Shown: positions 50,781 through 64,000 of the stretch, piece after piece
How positions within the stretch are numbered: position 1 is the stretch's first letter
How the letters are laid out: each line of letters starts with the position of its first letter
Assembly (NCBI GenBank): GCA_038496445.1
Contig: JALMLS010000466.1
Span: 372,001 to 436,000 of the forward strand
Reading direction: 5' to 3'
DNA length: 64,000 nt
Source: Trichosphaerium sp. ATCC 40318
Lineage: Eukaryota; Protista; Tubulinea
Translations under genes and position numbers: made by a program
The notes under the pieces: generated by a model
Told to the model about the DNA's origin: nothing
The model's input: the letters and a program-made list of their open reading frames with translations, nothing else
Database searches by the model: none

Positions 50781-53555
50781 ATGAGTTGGCTAGCGTACAT
50801 GCTACAAGATTCGTTCGTTAGAAGCGCGTTCACAATGGGATGCAGTACGTTAGGCGTAAGCGATGCCATTATAACTGCTTTTAGTGTATTATGCTAAAGG
50901 AAGTCTTCTTCGGTTTTCAAAGTTTTTGTATGCCACTATAGCTGGCGGTAGAAGTGTCATTGCAACCCTAAAGGTACCTTTCAAAACAAAAAAAGAAACT
51001 AAATCCAAAATAGATCGTAAATGATGAAGAGAATGGTCCTGTTTACGATAAGATTTGCTTTTGGCTTGCCAATAAATACAAAGGAAAAGTATCAAACTCT
51101 AGATTAAAAGTCGATAGAGTCGAAGGTTAGTACTTGGTGTTAGTCATTTTGTGGATTGAAAAATCCAAAAAAAAAGTCAGAAAAAAGCTCATTTATGTCG
51201 TTAGGAACCCATCAAAGAGATGATCAATCGGTAGTCTTATTTCAACCGGATAATGGCGCATATTTGCTTGTCTATAAGGGTAGATGGGTTTGGTGTGATG
51301 TAACATCCCAACAACTCCCTCATGGTACTGGATGGACGAACAAACCTGGAAGTGTATGTCTCTTTTATCTTTTTTTTATTTCCCTATGTTTGACCTTTGA
51401 TTTATTAGGTTCGTTCAGTGGTACTGACAGCATTTCGATGGAAAGCATCTGACTGTTTAAACAAATAGTAGATGAAGCAGATGCTTGTTACAAAGAGCTC
51501 AAATCTCCCAACCAAACTACTATATGGTACGTTAAACATAGCTTCTTTCGTTTTGTAGAGTGTATGTTTGTCGACTTACAAATCTCTTTCAAGGCAACCT
51601 CATTGGTGGCGTGTTCCAGGAGAGGTTCTTGTAGTCAAAAAGAGAGTCACAAATCTGGACACAATCGTTCTTTCAAACAATGTTAAAACGAATCTGTTGA
51701 AGGTACTTGATAACTTTCGAGATCATCCAGGTACCTCTTTCTAGTCAATTACAGTGTGTCCTAAATGTTGTTTTTTTCAATCAATAGAAATATGGCATGA
51801 ACAGAACTTGAGCCACCGCGAAAGTATTCTTCTTGTTGGCCCTCCTGGTAATGGAAAGACAATGCTTATTAACTTTATTGCTGGATATCTTGGGTTCGTC
51901 TAAAACACGTGGACTCAATGTTCTAATTTTAGCATTAATATAGATACGACATTATGCTTGTTAGTTTAACAAACCCAGAAATTGATGACAATGGCCTTCT
52001 AAGTAAGATCTTTTTAGCAGAGTTGTTAACGAACAGAAAACTCACTGTTTTTTGGTTTAGAACTTTTTGGTCGTGTCAATCCACGTACCTTGATTTGTAT
52101 TGAAGAGATAGATCTTGTTTGTCCAAAGAGAGATTTTATAAGAGAAGAGAAGTCAAACTCAAACAAAAAAAGCATATCACTAGGCGGAATACTACGTAAG
52201 ACTTCCCAAGTTTCAATCTTAACTTCTTATAGTTGCCCTTGATGGACCAACAAATAAAGAGTACGCTTGCCCTTTTAATGAAGATGTTGTTATACTAACA
52301 CCATACAGTGGTCCTATAGTTGTGGCGACATCTAATCATTACGAGAAACTAGATGAAGCCCTCATAAGAGTAGGCCGTTTTAATCATCATATAAAGCTTG
52401 ATTGGTCAGATAAGGATCAGCAAGCCACTTTGTATAAGCGTTATTTCCCAAAAGCAACAGAGGTGCGCATGAATGAATACACCCCGTAGAGGCTAACTCT
52501 TCACATATAGAAAGATGTTGAAACTCTCCAAAAAAACTTTGAAAACAAACAAATATCATGTGCTGCCTTAGTTGGATTTTTACGCCAATATAAGATAGAA
52601 GAGAACTCATCTGCTCATTCTACTGCCCTAAAAGCTGCTTCATTCAAAGGTGCAAGAGAAGTAGGAGGTGATAGAATAAACCTAGAATCACCATTAGCTC
52701 CATTCCTAAAGAAGGTAAACAACCGAAAATAGCTTGCTTCGTTCTTGGTACTAAGTGTTTTTTAGTGTGCTGTGAGTGATGAGTTGGTAGATGAGATTAT
52801 AAGTAGTCATTGCTTGACTACAGTCCGTCAGTTCAAAAGACTCGATATAGCAAAGCTATTAGCACCAATGAGTGAACCTCAGTTTAACCCAACGATAAAG
52901 GACTTATCAGTGCTCGCTGAAGTTTCAGCGTATATAACCAAAGAACTGGCTGCCCTAGATACTAAAAAAACAAGAGAATTGAAAAGGCATGAGCTTAAAA
53001 AAAAACAATTGAAGAAAAAGAGCAAGTCCAAAAAAGGTAAAATCCAAACAATCTTTTTGTGTTCAGTTTCTCACCCATCCTATAGAAGAAAGCGAAGAAC
53101 CCAATGGTGAGCAGAATGCCGTTGCTAATGGTGAAGGGTCAAATGGTAAACATCACAAAGGTGAAGACGATGATGACAACGCAGAAGACGCTCTTGAAGA
53201 GCAGGAGTGGAAGTGGGCTCTGGATGATCGTTACGAGGCTTTGAAAGACCAGTTCCATAAGACACCAGTGGGTCCAGTTTTAAAGGAATTTGGCATGGAC
53301 CCTGTTGGTATTGATCTCATTTGCAAGCATATCTCAACCATTTCAGAGTTCAGTATGCTTAGACAGTCAGAAATCACTCAACAGGTAACACACAAGTTCT
53401 TAGTTTTTTTTACTAAACCCACGTGCCACTAGCTTTGGAAGAAGAAAAAGAGTGAAGTAGCTTTAAAGGATCATGCAGCATTATCTAATGCTAAAAAGAT
53501 AGCTAAAGAAGCTATAGCTGAACGTGAGGACGATCAAACACAAAATTTCCTGTAA
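50781..53555 (+). CDS. BCS1-like AAA+ ATPase with C-terminal extension
   Basis: FQPDNGAYLLVYKGRWVW (BCS1_N-like), GPPGNGKT, ICIEEID, ATSNHYEKLDEALIRVGRF. Confidence 0.8.
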
Positions 53556-53824
53556 ATAAACCTTCACAACTTGTAAAATGACCACCTCTCGTCGTACTTG
53601 ATTACGTCTGTTTTTAGTTTACTTGTTTTGAGCCTTGTGCACGTGTTTAGTATAAAACATTGACGATAGTCACGTACTACGCTCACAAAGCAAGAGAGAA
53701 GCTACAATTGCACTTTTGAAGCGTGTTTTTTGTTTGTGACAGAATTTCGCGCGCATTAGTTTTAAGTTATTCAAATAGAGTCTGTTTGTGCTTGGTTGTA
53801 TTTTACGTGCAGTCTATAGTTACT

Positions 53825-56800
53825 ATGGCTGAATCAAAGGCAAAAATAACGAACTTTTTTAAAGTTCAACCTCAAAAAAATGTACATAACGTTACAACTT
53901 AGCTTTATACCGTAAATTGACATTTATAAGCAGGGTAAAAAGAAGGCGGCAAAAAAAGTTGAAAAACCAGCTACCTCCGCCAAAAAACGCAAACGTGTGC
54001 TATTAGATAGCGACAGCGATGGTACAGACCGATTAATATAATTATGTTAAATAACAAGCGACCTGTAGAAGATTTTGCGACACCAAGGCCTTCAAAACGC
54101 TCTAAAATAGAGAAACCAATAAAAAAGAAGGCCATAAAGACCGAAACGTCAAATAAACACGGACATGGACCAAGTGTCTTCCGGGAGAACATATCACCTA
54201 ACGCCAACGGCGCTAAAACAAAGACAAGCGCAAAAAAAGGTATGTTTGAACACGACGAAAGTTTCACAAGTTTTCTTGAAGAAAAGCTCAACGCACAGAA
54301 CTGACACACTTCAGAATCGCCTAAAAAGGTTGTAAGAAAGGTGAAAACACCAAAGAAAAAAAAAAGAGTGAGCATTGATTTGACTGACGATGATTGCGAT
54401 TTAATGGACTTGGATTCTCCTAAAAAGAAGCAAGAGGTATGTTAGATATATGTGGGTATTTATTTAGACATATAAGGAGAGTGATGCTAAGCTAGCAAAG
54501 AAATTACAAGCTGCTGAAATTGCAAAAGTTAAAAAAGCCTCAAAACAGATCAAAACTGACAAAGCACTCGCTAAACAAGTTCAATCGACCTCTTCATCAG
54601 ATGGAGATATGACATATGAGGTACAATTAAGGTTTAGGCGCAGCATTGCTTGAAACTAATCGGGATTTTTCCTAATGAAGGAGCGGACTGAAAGTGTTTT
54701 ACAAAAGTATTGTATTGGTGGTGGTTCTTTCCGTTCTTTTAAGACTCAATCCCAAGAGTTACCTCCAAGTTACGGTGAAAAATCTGTACCAAAGGTACAT
54801 ATATACGCAGTCACGTGCTTCTTTTTTTTTGAATAAACAAAGAGCTACACTCTCAGAGAGGCTAGATGATGATAATAATAATTATATTTATTGATTGCTT
54901 TTTTCAGGGCAAAGCAAATTGTTTGTATGGCAAGGCTTTTGTCATTTCAGGACAACCAGATTCTTTTACTAAAGCTGAGATTATTGATATGATTGAAGAA
55001 TACTCAGGGTACGATCTCTAAACTGACCAGGAAAACTGATAGAAAATGGCCTTTTCTTTTTTTTTTTCTTTTTTTTTGTTAGATTCTTGGACTCTTATTG
55101 AACGTCTTTTGTATATAGTCATATTAATGCAAATATTGCAAAAATGACTACTCATTTATTCGTTGGAAACAACTATGGACCAAGTAAGATAGCAAAAGCT
55201 CGTACAAATAAGATTGCTGTTATTGATGAAGATGTTTTACTTGAAATGATATCCACACTTCCTGCTAAGAAACTATCCGAAAAGGATCGTAAGAAATTAG
55301 ATGCTAAGCGTAAAAAGAAGAAACCAGCACCTGCTTTGAATAGATCAAACTCTGGTATAAAGTCTCCACCACCTCAACAAGTCCTTCCAGTGTACACTTA
55401 CTTGTCTATTATTTATGTCTTTTCTGCTTTGTTGTTTACTTTTCTTGCTTATAGCGCTTCTGATGATAATCAGCTCTTGTGGGTAGATAAATACCGACCT
55501 CAAACACCCGCACAACTTGTTGGAAATAGGCAACATGTTGATCGCCTTGTTTCATGGCTTAAAAACTGGTATGTCTCTTTACCTCGTCAATCCCTCTTTA
55601 TCTTGCCTTGATCTTATCTATTAACATTTTATTTTAGGGAAGCTAACTTTGCTAATGGTGCTGTACCTACAGGAAAGAAGGTAAGTCGTTGAGTCGCCTT
55701 CAGAAACAATTGTTGACTTTTTTTTCCTTTTTAGGCGCCTAAACGTGCTGTTTTGATAAGTGGAACACCTGGTATAGGAAAGACATCTGCTGCTCATGCA
55801 GTTGCTAAGCACTTTGGATATGATCTTATTGAACTAAACGCTTCTGATACGCGTAGTCAGAAACGTGTAAAAGCACGTGTTTTTTGGGGTTTTTCTTGAA
55901 TCAACTTTGTGGTTCTTTGTTTTTCTTATTACCTTTTTAGGAGCTTGCACTTGGTCTTCAAGGTAACAGTTCACTTACACATTTCTTCAGTGGCGCAAAA
56001 AAACGGCAAAAGGAGAGAAAACGTGCTCTTATTGTTATGGACGAAGTTGACGGCATGTCTACTGGAGTATGTTCCGAATTATGCTTTGCAGTAGGAACGA
56101 AACTAATTTATCAAAAATAGGATAGGGGTGGTGTACGATCATTGATAGAAATGATAAAAATAACAAAACAACCAATAATATGCCTTTGTAATAACTGGTA
56201 CGAAGCAATGTTTGTATTTTTTTTTTGAAAGAATTAACGTTTGGCTTTCCTTTCGTTAAACTTTTTGTAGGTATCCAAAACTAAAGACTCTGAAAAATCA
56301 CTGCTTATTCATGGAGTTTAACGTGTACGTATTTGGCAAATATTCTTTATGACATTTCTCCACTTTGATAGACGCACTCTCTAAACACGTGATTCATGTT
56401 CTATTTTTGTGCATTTTTTGAATTAGCCTTTTTTTTTTGTCGACTTAATCACTTGGTAGGCCAACAACTTTCGAGATTACACATTGTATAAGAGGAATAT
56501 TAAAAAATGAGAATTTTATGCTCGATAACCAGAGTTTAAAACGTGTCATTGAGTCATGTAATGGAGATTTAAGACAAATTTTGAACCTTTTACAAATCTG
56601 GAAAACAAGACCACAGGTGAGCTTTTCTGTCATATCCATTACCCCTCTATTAACCCCATATTAGTCCGTCAACTCAGGCAACTTGGAAGATAATCTCAGA
56701 GCAGCGGCTAAGGACAATGATTTTGGTAACAAGAAAAAACATAAACAAGCTTACTGACTTTTTTTTTTCGTTTAGATGCTGCTACTGCAGTTCGGAAGAT

Positions 56801-57830
56801 ATTTGAAACTAAACATCATACAGTGGCTGACCGCCTCAATTTTTTCTTTGCAGACTACGATAGGATACCATTACTCATACAAGTACGGAAAATCGATACC
56901 AAAGCAAAAGTGTCTGCTTGTTTGTCTAACTACTTCTATGAAGGATATTTATCCTAGTGTGCGCCCTGCAGATAGAGCATCTGGTATACGTGGTGATATA
57001 ATGCAATTAAAACGTCTGAGTGAGGCTGCAGATGCTGTGTCTGTACGTAACCAAAATCGTGAGTTTTATTTCAGCTGATGTTCCTTGACAGGTTGGCGAT
57101 TTGTTTATTAATTGTGTAAAACGAAATCAAGATTACTCATTATTAAGTGCTGTTGGTGTAACGGCATGTGTACAACCTGCTAGTTTAATGAATCCAATAA
57201 GACCACCTACACCACCTAGCTTCCCTGGGTACGACGTTAAGAATTAAATCAGAAAAAAGTTTTGTGGTAAACTAACCTTTTTGTTAGGTACTTTGCAAAG
57301 TTGTCATCAATGAAGCGAAAGAGAAATATACTTGATGCTGTCAGGACCAAGGTTGTTATAGAATCTAGTTTGACATCGCCTGAGATTGCTATGGAGCTTT
57401 TACCGCTATATAGAATTAAGCTTGTCAAACCTTTGGTAGAAAATCAACAGGTCCAAACAATATTCTTTGCTGTGATTCATCTTAACACGTGTTTATTTAG
57501 GATGGTATATCTGAAGTAATGCAATTTATGGATGCGTATCAACTCACAAAGGATGATAGAGATGCCATTTTAGAACTTGCACAATTAAAGAATGCAAGGG
57601 ATATGACGAAGGTGATTTATCTTTTTTTTCTTATCTCACTGGAACTTGTTATCTAAACATGTTTTTAGGGTATCTCAAGCACTGTAAAACGTGCACTTAC
57701 TACCAAGTGTAAAAAAGCAAATCATAGTTTAAAGTCAACAGCAGGTGTAGCTACAGAGGATTTATGGTCGAAGGGTAAAGTAACAAGGAAGAAGGCGAAA
57801 AAAACGACTAAGAAAAAAACAAAAAAGTAA
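53825..57830 (+). CDS. RFC1: Replication factor C large subunit
   Basis: BRCT region (CLYGKAFVISG..MIEEYSG), LWVDKYRP, GTPGIGKT, ELNASDTRS, VMDEVDGMS, GDLRQILN. Confidence 0.95.
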
Positions 57831-57926
57831 TAAACTTTAATAGATATTTACTAAACACCAATCTGTTTTTTATTTGTACTTTGTGCGGTTTTTTCTAAAA
57901 ACGCAAATGGAACATTAACAATACAC

Positions 57927-59369
57927 TTATACGGCTCCTTTTTGTACGCCAATGTTTTCTCCTTTACCGTATTCGGCCTTGGCTTGAGCATCTAAGATAT
58001 TAAAGTAAGAAGCCTATAATTTTTCGAATAAAAAGAAAAAGTAAGTGGTACGTACCCATAGCTTGTTTTGTGTGGAAGTCATCAGCTACGGCGGTATGTG
58101 TGTCACCTTCGCCACCTTTCTTTACACCAATGTTCTCAGAACGAGAGTAGTTGGCCTTAGCTTGTGCGTCTAGATAAATACGTAAGAAAAGCGGATTGTA
58201 AAATAAAAAACCGAATATCACGTGCCCATAGCTTCACGAGTATGGAAATCATCAGCAACAGCGGTGTGAGTATCACCTTCACCTCCCTTTTTGACAGCAA
58301 TGTTTTCTCCACGAGCGTAACTGTTCTTAGCTTGAGCGTCTAAACAAAACCCATTAGCTACTAGTACAGTAAAAATAATGATTAATAACGTACCCAAGGC
58401 TTGTTTGGTGTGGAAATCATCGGCTACAGCGGTATGGCTATCACCTTCTCCTCCCTTCTTTACGGCAATGTTCTCACCACGAGCGTATGAGTTCTTTGCT
58501 TGGGCATCTACGCGAAACGTTACGGAAAAGAAACCGAAAAAAACACTAAAAAAAGAAATATTTACCCAAAGCTTGTTTGGTGTGGAAATCGTCGGCTACA
58601 GCGGTATGGCTATCACCTTCTCCTCCCTTCTTTACAGCAATATTCTCACCGCGAGCGTATGAGTTCTTTGCTTGGGCGTCTAAAAAAACCGTTAGTATCA
58701 AATTAAGTAAAAACGTAAAAAACCGTAAAACGGATGTGTACCCAAAGCTTGCTTGGTGTGGAAATCATCAGCGACGGAAGTATGTTTATCACCTTCTCCT
58801 CCCTTCTTTACAGCAATGTTCTTACCGCGAGCGTACGAGTTCTTTGCTTGGGACTCTACAAGAAGGCTCTTTAGTTAAAACAACGATTGAGATTGGGAGT
58901 CGGAGCATACCCATGGCTTGCTTGGTGTGGAAATCATCAGCGACGGAGGTATGGCTATCACCTTCGCCTCCCTTCTTTACAGCGATGTTCTTACCGCGAG
59001 CGTAGCTGTTTTTTTGTTGGGAATCTACAAAAAGGTTAGAGCTCACTAACTTTAGCCCAAACGGTTTTTCAATGTGCACAAGTTTTTGCGGCCTTGAAAA
59101 TAGGGCGCCTCCGTTTTAACGACGTTTGGAAAGTAAAGTCTCGTACCTTTTTGACTGGCCATAAGGACTGAGTCAGTTACAGCGGAAGGTTTCTCGCCGG
59201 TACCCTTTTGTTGGCTGAGTTGTTTACGCTTGGAGTCAGAGTTGATTTTCTGAGCTCTCATTTGCTAAAGGGCGCATTAGATAGTGAGAGGAAGCGTAAA
59301 AATAGCGTTGGTAGTGAGTTTCAGCAAGGCACTACGTACCGAAGCCATCTTAAAATCTTGCCAAGACAT
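57927..59369 (-). CDS. Protein of six full plus one partial 38-aa repeats, one repeat per 114-nt exon (nebulin/LASP-repeat-like)
   Basis: Unit DAQAKNSYARGENIAVKKGGEGDSHTAVADDFHTKQAL; all separating introns are phase 1 at the same position. Confidence 0.85.
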
Positions 59370-59582
59370 TGTTAGAGTGTTTTATTTTAGAGGTAGAGGG
59401 AAGTGTGGTGTTCAACGGGTTGGTTTCGGTTGAATGTCACAGGTTATTGTGAATCCCTTTTTTTGTGAGTTGTGATCGGTGTCAACGGCTTCCCCACTGA
59501 GCGACTCGGCGTTGGTCTTTTCGCTTTTTCGCGAATCCATACCGCGAGTTGAATTTAGTGCAGTTTTTATGTTTCTCACAAA

Positions 59583-61107
59583 ATGAAAACTTCCTTTGTG
59601 CGCAAAGGCTCTACACGTAAACGGTTGCTACCGCCTCAAGGTACCAGGCCTTCAACACATAATGGACAGTTATTAATCTCCTCGGGATTGAGCGATTTGG
59701 ATAGTACGAGCGTGTTCACAGCTTGCGCTAACTGCGGTAGGCATAATTGTGGGTGGTTTCGCCGTTGGTACACTAATACTCGTGGAAGAAGATCACTACT
59801 CCTCGTACGTGTTAAATTTAGCGTTGTGAACCCGTTTGTGCAGCAGTTATAACCACTTTAGTTATTATGACTACATAGCAAGGTATTTCCTTGCTGAAGG
59901 CGCAGCCAACGCACACACGCTATGTTTAGCCTCTACTACTTCAAGTAATACAAAATTCGTGAAAACCATACCGCGTGTTGTAAGCGCACCTAGTGGTGCT
60001 GCTGAACACAATAAGCAACAAGGTGCTACAAACAAGGTAACTTTGACCGTTATTTTAATGTAAATCCATAAACCGTTATTAGGACTTAAAAATCGCATGG
60101 CAATACGGAAAATACCTCAACCAAGAGCGAGACTACAAAAAACTTTCATCACAATCAAGTACACCAAAAAACGCCCAAAATGAACATTTAATAATGTTTC
60201 CTTTAGATCTAAGCTCTAAAAATTGGTGCCACACATTTGATGTAAGTAAACCAGTAAAACCGGAGGATATTGAGCGTCTGGACGTAACAGACTTGGACTT
60301 CTCTCATTTGAACGATTTTCAAGCAAAATGTCAGGCATTGTACACAACTTTGAGTAAAATGATCTACGAAAGAAATCAGTACGTCACTTATGTCTACCTT
60401 GTATACAAGGTCTATCTCAACGCTCGACCCTGACGTCATTGAAGGGAAATGGTAAAAACAAAGAAAGGCGTAATTTTGCGCATATTAATTAGATCTTTTG
60501 GATCAGCGGCATGGGGCGATGTCAATAAGGTTCGTCTTTGACATTTGATTTATTCGATTTTTTTGACATGTTGTAGACAAATATTTTTTTGACGTTCCTA
60601 CACGCGTTGCGTGGACTATTACGGTCTTCATTAGCTGTGTGTATGATCACACTACCTGCACACGCTTTTAAACGTTCTCTTAACGTAAAAATTGGTCACC
60701 TAGCTGACTACATTTTCACAATGCAAGCTTTCAATGGTACGCAATGTGTCACTTTTTTTTGCTCCAGAAATCCCTTTTTTTTCTGAACACCTACTCACAC
60801 TACGCGCGTAGACTCCTCAGATGAGACAGGAGCGGCATTCAAAGACTTTGATGGACTATTTCATATAAAAAAGTTGCCGTATTTGAATTCACTTACAAAT
60901 GCAATGCCACGCTCTCCTAGCTTTACATTTAAGTTACAACGTAAAAAGTTGTCTATAGAGACTATTCATCTACCACCAGAGGATTTTAGAACAACAAGTG
61001 CTGATAACAGCAAAGAGTCAAAATCAGAAAAAGCTCGTGGCCAACGCAATACAAAGAGCGTACAGTGCCAGCCTGGACCAGAACAGAATAAATTGTTGGA
61101 GTTTTAA
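59583..61107 (+). CDS. ELP4: Elongator complex subunit 4
   Basis: GTRPSTHNGQLLISSGLSDLD, GGFAVGTLILVEED, RYFLAEG, LKIAWQY, CHTFD, FLHALRGLLR, LSIETIHLPPE, C-terminal LEF. Confidence 0.92.
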
Positions 61108-61211
61108 CAATGTATTTAACAATAATAACAGGAGGGGGGTTTGTATCGATGTGATAGTAGAATGTGTACGGCGTAAGCAAGATTTTTCTTGTTTCTTTTT
61201 TTTTTTTTTTG

Positions 61212-61735
61212 TTATGGGTTTAGTAAATCGTATAATGACTAGTTGACGTTAACAATGCTATATTTCTTATCATTGAGCGTACCCATTTTGAGAAGTATGC
61301 AGGTCTTCGGACGTTATTCGGCTCTGGCATGTAGCTTAAGTCCAAGTCTGCTTCACCACTGACGACAGGATCTAAGAACTTCTCCATGTCGACTGAGTAA
61401 GGCTCAGAGCCTTCTAGTTCAATTGCATGTCCAAGATATTTTTCTATGCATGCTTTTAACCCACGGATGCTCCTGCCACATTGTATATTATCGTAGCGCT
61501 CTTGGTAGCACATGTTATAGTCCAGAAACTCCCTTGCGCAATGTCCAGCATCAATCGTGTCAATTAACAGCCTTCTGTTTACTACGATGTTTGATTGGCG
61601 CGGGTGTCTGTGATAACCGCCTTTAGGGTCACTAAAACGGGGGCCATCCTTGAAAAAACCTCCAGGGTTTGAATCTTCAAGTGGTAGGCTGTCCTGGTAT
61701 GCTACTCTCTCTTCTAATGATGCAGCAGCACCCAT
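61212..61735 (-). CDS. Twin CX9C (CHCH) protein with an N-myristoylation-like start
   Basis: MGAAAS; CAREFLDYNMC...CGRSIRGLKAC; probable last intron after SKW giving ..SLYDLLNP*. Confidence 0.7.
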
Positions 61736-61880
61736 TTGGCTAAATTAGCTTTTAATTTATATTCGTGACAACGCCTGAGCGTATACGAGTCAAATCTCTT
61801 GTTGAGCTTACAGCAGAAATTGTCAAGTTTAAGTTGCATAGTTTAAGGCAATTTGCAGTACACAGCTATTATTTTTTGGC

Positions 61881-64000
61881 ATGAATGTATTAAAGCGTTA
61901 TGAGGATTACCACCGATGGTCGGTAGCAGGTACATAACCATGTTCATCTTTTTCAGCAGTCACTAAGCCGTGTAATAGACTGTGAGCGTAAGCTTCAAAC
62001 TGACGTGACACTGGGTTTAACAGCGTCAGTGAGGGCAAATCGGTTAATACGTTTTGGAGAGGTTTAGTTGAATAATAAAATAATACCCAATTCTTACTTA
62101 CTACCCCAAGAACGAAACAACGCCTCCTGCAATTTCAGAGTGGAACATTACCCGAGTTTGCAAGGTATGGGTAAACCCAAGGTGGACACGTGTTCATTAC
62201 AAACCAGGCATTTCTTCCGAGTATATGGTTGTCCTCATGTGCTATCATACTTTCGAGTATTTATCCTCTTGCAGCACCCATAAGCGCACGTGTTGACAAA
62301 AAACGAAAGAATTTTGTTTTGTTATTATTTGGTTTCTCTAATCGTCTATCAAGATTATTATCGTTGCAATTACCGTTATAACTGCCATTGAGAACTGTTA
62401 CTTTGGCAAAAAGGATAGCCAGGTAGGCAATCTCACTGTAGTTACGGTCATCGTGACTGTTGAGGTATTGTTTGGTAACATTTTTTTGTGCTAGTGCCGC
62501 TATACTGTTGAACGCAAAGCAACCGTTGTTGTTAATGGAATGGAGGTTATAGATGATGTGAGAAACTTGGTGCCTGGCGATATTGTCAGAATTAGTATTG
62601 GTGATTACATACCTGCAGATGTACGCCTAGTAGACACTAATGTATTCTCTACGCACTTGATCTACAGCTACAAAGATTCACAGCGTCGGTGTAATGATTG
62701 CGTTTCTGGACAAGAAGATATAGAGGATGCACTTAATGTTGCATTTTGTGCATCACTAGCAATAGAGGGTACAGCGACAGGTACTGTTTTATGTCTTTAC
62801 TTTTATTATCTGCATTTTCTGTGACTGTTGTAAGGTGTTGTTGTGAATACAGGCAAAAATACATGTAAGTTTCCATTCCTCTGGTGCCACGTCTTTTTAA
62901 CACTAGTGCTCTTAGGGATTTACAAGAAATCTGCGAAGAATTTGAAGAAAAAAATTCAAACAAGAAAACAGGTCTAGTTTTTTAGGTTCTTACGTCGTTA
63001 CCTGACATACCATGTTAGCTGATATTGGAGAGAATCCAAAATCTGGAAGGAATATTATTTGTTATATTGTTCACGTTGTCCAGTTTCTTGTCAGTATTCG
63101 TGCATGTAGATGGCATATTCTTCTTTGCGGGACTTCTGTTACTAGGTTGCTCTGTTATTGCGTTTTTCTTTGGTTTCTTACCAGCCTTTAGCACCTGAGA
63201 TGCTCAAACTAGTCATTTGGGTTGCTCTGAGATACTCGATATATCGAGTGAGCAGCAATGCTGAAGTCAAAGTACAATATGCGTCTGTTTAAGCGAGCCT
63301 AATAGATTCTCATAGAGTGTACAAGCTATTGAACATCTTGGTACCACTTTAATTCACACTTTGACTTTTGTGGTTTAATGCTATGCTTTAGCCAATGTTA
63401 CTGCTATTTGTATTGATAGATGTTGTATGTAATAACTATTGATATCATTGCTTTAACACTGTCTTTAGCATTAATACAAGGAACATGGTATGATATTATC
63501 AAAAAAGAACTTAAAGAAATTGTAAAGTTGTTTTAGCCCTGTGGTTGTTGGGATTTGGTGTGATGGCAGAGTATGGGATATAAATGATGGAATAATAGGA
63601 TCATATATTGGAAATTCTGTACATTCTTCACACATTCGAGAGTACAACTGACACCTAAACTAGTCGTTTCACATGCTCATAAACGCTTCTTTGCTACTTT
63701 CTCGACAAAGGTTTGGATTGCTTAGAGATGACGCTATCGAAAACTTTGCTCGAGAAACACAGGTTGACTTATGTGAGACGAATTCGAGGATTATTTATTC
63801 TAATCAAAACAAGAATTTCTCAGTAAGTTGTCCAGATGGTCTATTTTTTAATATCCACGTGATATTTATTTTTAGCTTTGTGTATTTAAGGAGGATGTAA
63901 AAGGTGTTACCACATTATCAGTTATTGTCAAAGGTCCACCGCTGATGTTGATTGATATGTGTGATAAGTTTGTCAAGGATGGACTTGAGATACATTTCAA
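61881..64000 (+). CDS. Divergent type II P-type ATPase-like protein (runs off window end)
   Basis: GLT..RLIRFGENETTPP, LVPGDIVRISIGDYIPADVRL, EGTATG, PEML, AICIDRC, VKGPPLMLIDMC. Confidence 0.75.

Noticed and set aside
55865-55880. GC donors in RFC1 (and GRASP at ~43863)
   Set aside because: Nearby GT donors give the same phase, so GC is not required.
57990-59030. CRISPR-like repeat-spacer array
   Set aside because: Repeats are 114-nt coding exons and the spacers are spliceosomal introns; no cas genes; eukaryotic context.
61212-61735. Naming the CHCH protein MIC19/CHCHD3
   Set aside because: Myristoylation-like start fits, but the CHCH is central and no coiled coil is evident.
1-64000. Alternative genetic code or stop readthrough to explain fragmented ORFs
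   Set aside because: The stops I examined fall in short GT/GC-AG introns; spliced models are open in the standard code.
1-64000. tRNA, rRNA or snRNA genes
   Set aside because: No cloverleaf, 5S or U-snRNA signature recognised by eye.

Overview
AT-rich (roughly 35-37% GC by eye), gene-dense eukaryotic nuclear DNA, probably an amoeboid protist (inference). Introns are very numerous and short (mostly ~30-60 nt, GT-AG, donors predominantly GTAC(G/A)), so the ORF track fragments most genes. Gene models below were spliced by hand and their ends are approximate. Housekeeping genes: threonine synthase, EMC6, GRASP55/65, Rab5-like GTPase, RFC1, ELP4, BCS1-like AAA ATPase, CHCH protein, Sel1-repeat protein. 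Most notable items: (1) one spliced ORF joining a Reeler-domain module, through a second internal signal-peptide-like segment, to an LPMO-like histidine-brace domain whose His1 could only be exposed by internal cleavage; (2) a head-to-head pair of Clu-domain/TPR genes, one ending in LRRs and the other in an AGC pseudokinase; (3) a protein built from one-exon-per-repeat 38-aa units resembling nebulin/LASP repeats; (4) three intron-free or intron-poor F-box+repeat genes with giant-virus-like architecture; (5) tandem duplicates (trypsin-like proteases, PA-domain 7TM receptors), hAT-like non-autonomous elements, several pseudo-enzymes and a strong excess of CACGTG. No database searches were run; family calls rest on motif recognition.
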